Below the pieces are notes generated by a model. It searched no databases, was not told the DNA's origin, and saw only the letters and a list, made by a program, of their open reading frames with translations. The position numbers and the translations under genes are program-made. DNA of 51,747 nucleotides from Myxococcales bacterium (GTDB lineage: Bacteria > Myxococcota_A > UBA9042), in NCBI GenBank assembly GCA_947499075.1, contig CANMNA010000004.1, positions 1-51,747 of the forward strand, written 5' to 3'. Positions 48,310-51,747 of this stretch are shown here, piece by piece (the stretch's first letter is position 1; every line of letters begins with the position of its first letter).

Positions 48310-49686
48310 CTACTTGCAGTCCGCACAGGTGGAGCCCGCGCAGCTGCTGCCCGCCTGTCCGGTCCCCTGGGCGTTGCAGCAGTCGCCGGCGCCCTTGCAT
48401 GCCGAGTCGCAGTAGCACTTGTTGCTTGGCGCCGGGCCGCCGCAAGCCGTGTCGCAGACGTGGCCGGTGGTGGTGCCACAGTCTGGCGGGCAATTGGCGG
48501 CGGTCTCGCCGCTCTCGCATTGACCGTTGCCGCACACCGGCGAAGTGGTCTTGCAGTCTTGCGGGCAGGTGCTCGGCGTCTCGTCAGGATCGCACACACC
48601 GTTGGGGCACGTCGGCGTGGTTGTCGTGCACGGGTCGGGGCAGTTCATTTCCGACATGCACCCGCCCAAGCTGCTGACTTCGGCGGAGGTCGCACCGGGC
48701 ACCGTCGCGCACTTCTGCTTGCAGGCGTTGTCACAATTGCATGAAATCAAGCAGTTCAATTCCTCGACACACGGCGCTTTGGCGCTGCAGGCCGCCATTT
48801 GGCTGCTGCACTCGCCCCATGCGCACTGCATCGACGCCGCAAATTTGCTGTTGCAGTCCATGGGGCAAGTCTCGCCGCTGGTGCACTTGCCGTTGGGGCA
48901 AACACTGGTGCCGGCGGGCTTGCAGTCCTTCGCGCACATCTCAACGTTCTCACCCGGTTCGCAGGTGCCGTTGCCACACACCGGTGAAGGTGGGCTGCTC
49001 GGGATGCACTTCATTTCGGCCATGCAACTCTGGACTTTCTGAACCGCGACGTTCGTCTCCGGCGGCGTCGGGCATTTGGCCATGCAGGCGATGTCTTTGC
49101 AGACTTCGACGCACGCCAACGCCTTGGCGCACTCGGTGTCGGCCTTGCAAGCGCTGTACTGTGCGCCACATTTGGTCTTGAGGCAGGTGACCATCGCGCC
49201 GGTGTCGATGTCAGCGATGATGCCGTCGATGGCTACGGTGCCGTCGCTGCCAGTCTTGGTGTCGGTGCCCGCGGTGTTGGTGTCGGTCGCGGTATCGGTC
49301 AAGGTCGGGCCGCCGTCGGCGCCGACGGTGTCCGTGCCGGTGTTGACCACGGCTGTCTTGGCGCAGCTCGCGCTGTTGAGCTTGGCCGCGGCGTCGTACT
49401 TGTTGTTGCAGTACTCATCAGCGCCACACTCAGCGCCGAGTTTTTCCCACTTGCCGCCCAAAGTATTGGCCGGGTCGGCATCGGCGGCGCAGTTCATCGG
49501 CTGCTTGCCGGCGCACCCTTGGGCCATGGCCTTGGGGTTGCACTTGTCGCCTTCCTTGCCAGCTGCAGGCACGGCAGATGTCCCACCGCCGCCACCACCG
49601 CCGACACATGCGGTTGCAGTAGCGATGAACACGCCTGTGGAACACGAGCGCAGCAGGCGGTACAGCGAATTCAAAGCGGGTGTCAT
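48310..49686 (-). CDS. Cys-rich lipoprotein with CGNGxCxxGExxxxCxxDC repeats, two helical Cys modules and a C-terminal somatomedin-B-like motif
   Basis: Signal peptide ending ATAC; Thr/Asp linker; repeats read directly; GAGG RBS before ATG 49686. Confidence 0.8.
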   Translation of the reverse strand: MTPALNSLYRLLRSCSTGVFIATATACVGGGGGGGTSAVPAAGKEGDKCNPKAMAQGCAGKQPMNCAADADPANTLGGKWEKLGAECGADEYCNNKYDAAAKLNSASCAKTAVVNTGTDTVGADGGPTLTDTATDTNTAGTDTKTGSDGTVAIDGIIADIDTGAMVTCLKTKCGAQYSACKADTECAKALACVEVCKDIACMAKCPTPPETNVAVQKVQSCMAEMKCIPSSPPSPVCGNGTCEPGENVEMCAKDCKPAGTSVCPNGKCTSGETCPMDCNSKFAASMQCAWGECSSQMAACSAKAPCVEELNCLISCNCDNACKQKCATVPGATSAEVSSLGGCMSEMNCPDPCTTTTPTCPNGVCDPDETPSTCPQDCKTTSPVCGNGQCESGETAANCPPDCGTTTGHVCDTACGGPAPSNKCYCDSACKGAGDCCNAQGTGQAGSSCAGSTCADCK

Positions 49687-49886
49687 CAGGACCTCGGGGC
49701 GGGGGTGAAACTGCGGCAAGGCGATCACAGCGCCAAGCTAACGGTCTGATAGTTTGAACTTTTTTGCCAAACCACCAACGGCTGGGCAAAACGGGGCGGC
49801 AGGATATCCGCTTTCTCGGCAATAATCAAGGAGAATCGTAGCCCTGCCCGCCGCCGCGGTCGACCGCACTGAGCGACAATTTTTCG

Positions 49887-51215
49887 TTATTTCAAGCAGC
49901 TGGCAAAGACCGTGCCACACTTGGTCTTGGTACAATCGCTTTCGCAGTTCTTGTCACCTTTGCAGGTCTTGCACTGGGTTCCGATGCACATGAACAACTC
50001 GGCGGCCTTGTTGGCTTCGACGGCAGACGCTGCCGCCAAACATCCAAAGTGACACTCCGACTTCTGGCCTTCCTTATCACACTGGCCCCAACAGGTCACG
50101 GCGTCCAGGCAGGTCTTGGTACCCTTGGGCCCAGCGCAGGTTGCCAGTGTGGCGGCGCAAGACTGGGTTGGGTTGGCGAGGCACTTGCTGATCGCGACCC
50201 ATTGTTGCTGCGAAGTCGGCGAGGCGCTGGACCAGCAGCCGGCCATGCAGCCGGCCTTGCTGTTTTCTGGCAGCTTTTCGCAGCCGTCCATGCACGAGAA
50301 CAAGGGGGCGCATCCGCCACTACCGGTCTTGCCGGCGGCGATGCACGTCAGCGCTTGGCCGGGGCAGGCCGCGAAAGCATCTTGGCCGCCGGCTGCGGCT
50401 GCGCAGTTGAAAAGGGTGTCGAACTGGGTCTGGGCCGCCTTGCTCAGGTTGCCATAGCATCCGTAGTTGCAGTCGGGACCTTTTTCCTTGCAGGTATCCA
50501 TGCATCCGAAGGCGCTGACGCAATCGGCGCTGCCGGTCTTGCCGTCGGCACCGCAGGCGATTGCCGGGAAGATGCACTTTTGGCCGGCGCACTGGTTGAT
50601 GCAGTTCTTGTCCGGGTTGCCGGCGCACAGGCCGTTGACACAGTACGCGTTGACGCAGGACAGGTAAGGCTGAACGGCGGCGGAAGCAGCGGCGCTGGCG
50701 ACGCCTAAGCAAATGTCTGCGCACTTGGGGTCGGTGCTGCCGCCACAGGCGACCCAGACACAGGTCAGCAAACTGCTGCAGAGTTGGTACTTGGCGATTG
50801 CACCATCGGATTGAGGCGCGTCCGCTGTGTACACGACTTCGGCTGTCGCGATGTCCGGCGGCACGAAGCCGTCAGCCAGCGTGGTATCCCCAGGGCCAAC
50901 GGCATCGACTGTCGGCGCAGCATCGGCGACGGCGGTGGCATCGTTGACCGGTGAAGCGTCAGCAACCGGCGCGACATCGCTGCCAACGGCGCGCCCGTCG
51001 CTGGCGCCTCGCACGCCGTCTGCGGTTGTGCCGCCGTCGCCACTGGTTGCGCCAGCGGAATCGCCTGCCCCACTAGAACTGCCGTCGCCGAGCGCGCCGT
51101 CGCCGACTGCTGCGTCGCCGCCGCTGGCCGCACCCACAATGGCTGGGGCGACGTTGGGCTCCGCGCAAGCAACCACAAACAGGCCTAGTACCCATAATCT
51201 GAGAGACTTGCTCAT
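49887..51215 (-). CDS. Cys-rich lipoprotein with an Asp/Ala/Gly linker and repeated CxxxxxCxxxC...CxxxC modules
   Basis: MSKSLRLWVLGLFVVAC lipobox; repeated (GK)TG..C...C...C units. Confidence 0.8.
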   Translation of the reverse strand: MSKSLRLWVLGLFVVACAEPNVAPAIVGAASGGDAAVGDGALGDGSSSGAGDSAGATSGDGGTTADGVRGASDGRAVGSDVAPVADASPVNDATAVADAAPTVDAVGPGDTTLADGFVPPDIATAEVVYTADAPQSDGAIAKYQLCSSLLTCVWVACGGSTDPKCADICLGVASAAASAAVQPYLSCVNAYCVNGLCAGNPDKNCINQCAGQKCIFPAIACGADGKTGSADCVSAFGCMDTCKEKGPDCNYGCYGNLSKAAQTQFDTLFNCAAAAGGQDAFAACPGQALTCIAAGKTGSGGCAPLFSCMDGCEKLPENSKAGCMAGCWSSASPTSQQQWVAISKCLANPTQSCAATLATCAGPKGTKTCLDAVTCWGQCDKEGQKSECHFGCLAAASAVEANKAAELFMCIGTQCKTCKGDKNCESDCTKTKCGTVFASCLK

Positions 51216-51373
51216 CTTGCCACCGCTGCAGGGCCCCAATGACTTTGGCCACGCGCCCGGCATCCTGCCAAAATCCACGCTGTAGCCGCAAATTGCGCGG
51301 CGAAGTTGAAGCCGAAGGCCTGCGGCGTGTACGCTGATGGCGCCGCGGCGACCGCCGCGTCTGGCAGGCTGCG

Positions 51374-51747
51374 ATGCGACACAAGGTTTGGTGTTTGGTC
51401 CTCTTCGTGGCGACCTGCTGCGGCGCACCTTGGTTTGCGGGGTGCAGCGACACCGCAGGCACGCCGTCGTTGGGAACAGCCGGCCAAGGTGCTGATGCGA
51501 TTGGCACAACCGACACCACGGCCGGCGACGCCAGCGACATTGCCGCGAGCGCCGCCGACACCGGCAGCGCAACGCTGGCGTCTTGCAAAGGCAGCGCGCT
51601 CAACGAAGGCTTTGCAGCCAAGGATGGCGACTGCAAGTTCTTGGAAAAGTGCCCGACACTTGGCCAATGCTACTGTGGCGACAAGTGCCCGGCGACGAAG
51701 TCACCCAAGTGCGACCCAAGCTTGTGCACCGGCAACCCCGCGCCCAA
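51374..51747 (+). CDS. Cys-rich lipoprotein (runs off the right edge of the window)
   Basis: Manual translation MRHKVWCLVLFVATCCGAPWFAGCSDTAG... (lipobox FAGC), stays open to the end with many Cys; not in the ORF track. Confidence 0.75.
   Translation, partial: MRHKVWCLVLFVATCCGAPWFAGCSDTAGTPSLGTAGQGADAIGTTDTTAGDASDIAASAADTGSATLASCKGSALNEGFAAKDGDCKFLEKCPTLGQCYCGDKCPATKSPKCDPSLCTGNPAP

Overview
High-GC chromosomal window (GC not computed) from a Myxococcota/deltaproteobacterial-like bacterium. The taxon is inferred from the FHA proteins, the bactofilin and the many Cys-rich lipoproteins. Housekeeping content: the rimP-nusA-ylxR-like-infB-rbfA-truB-rpsO-pnp cluster, three tRNAs (Arg-CCT, Leu-CAG, Cys-GCA) each with a sigma70-like promoter, an RhlB-like helicase, typA, nagZ, an S41 protease, an NCS1 transporter and lipid enzymes. 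There is no transposase, integrase, phage gene or CRISPR array. Main unexplained signals: (1) a ~150-bp strand-asymmetric hairpin element in four intergenic copies, two flanking a DAGK-family gene and two just before tRNA promoters; (2) a 730-bp stack of palindromic elements after pnp (AGTAC-ended units, a GTAG REP, and a TIR/TSD-bounded MITE); (3) an Lnt with a predicted 7-bladed beta-propeller inside its catalytic domain; (4) surface lipoproteins with unusual domains (caspase/CHAT-like His-Cys dyad; heme c plus copper monooxygenase with a Cys insert; VDE-like and somatomedin-B-like Cys modules); (5) an orphan DUF4157 (eCIS-associated) gene; (6) a GT2 gene that appears to need a CTG start. 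All family calls come from motif recognition by eye, not database searches.
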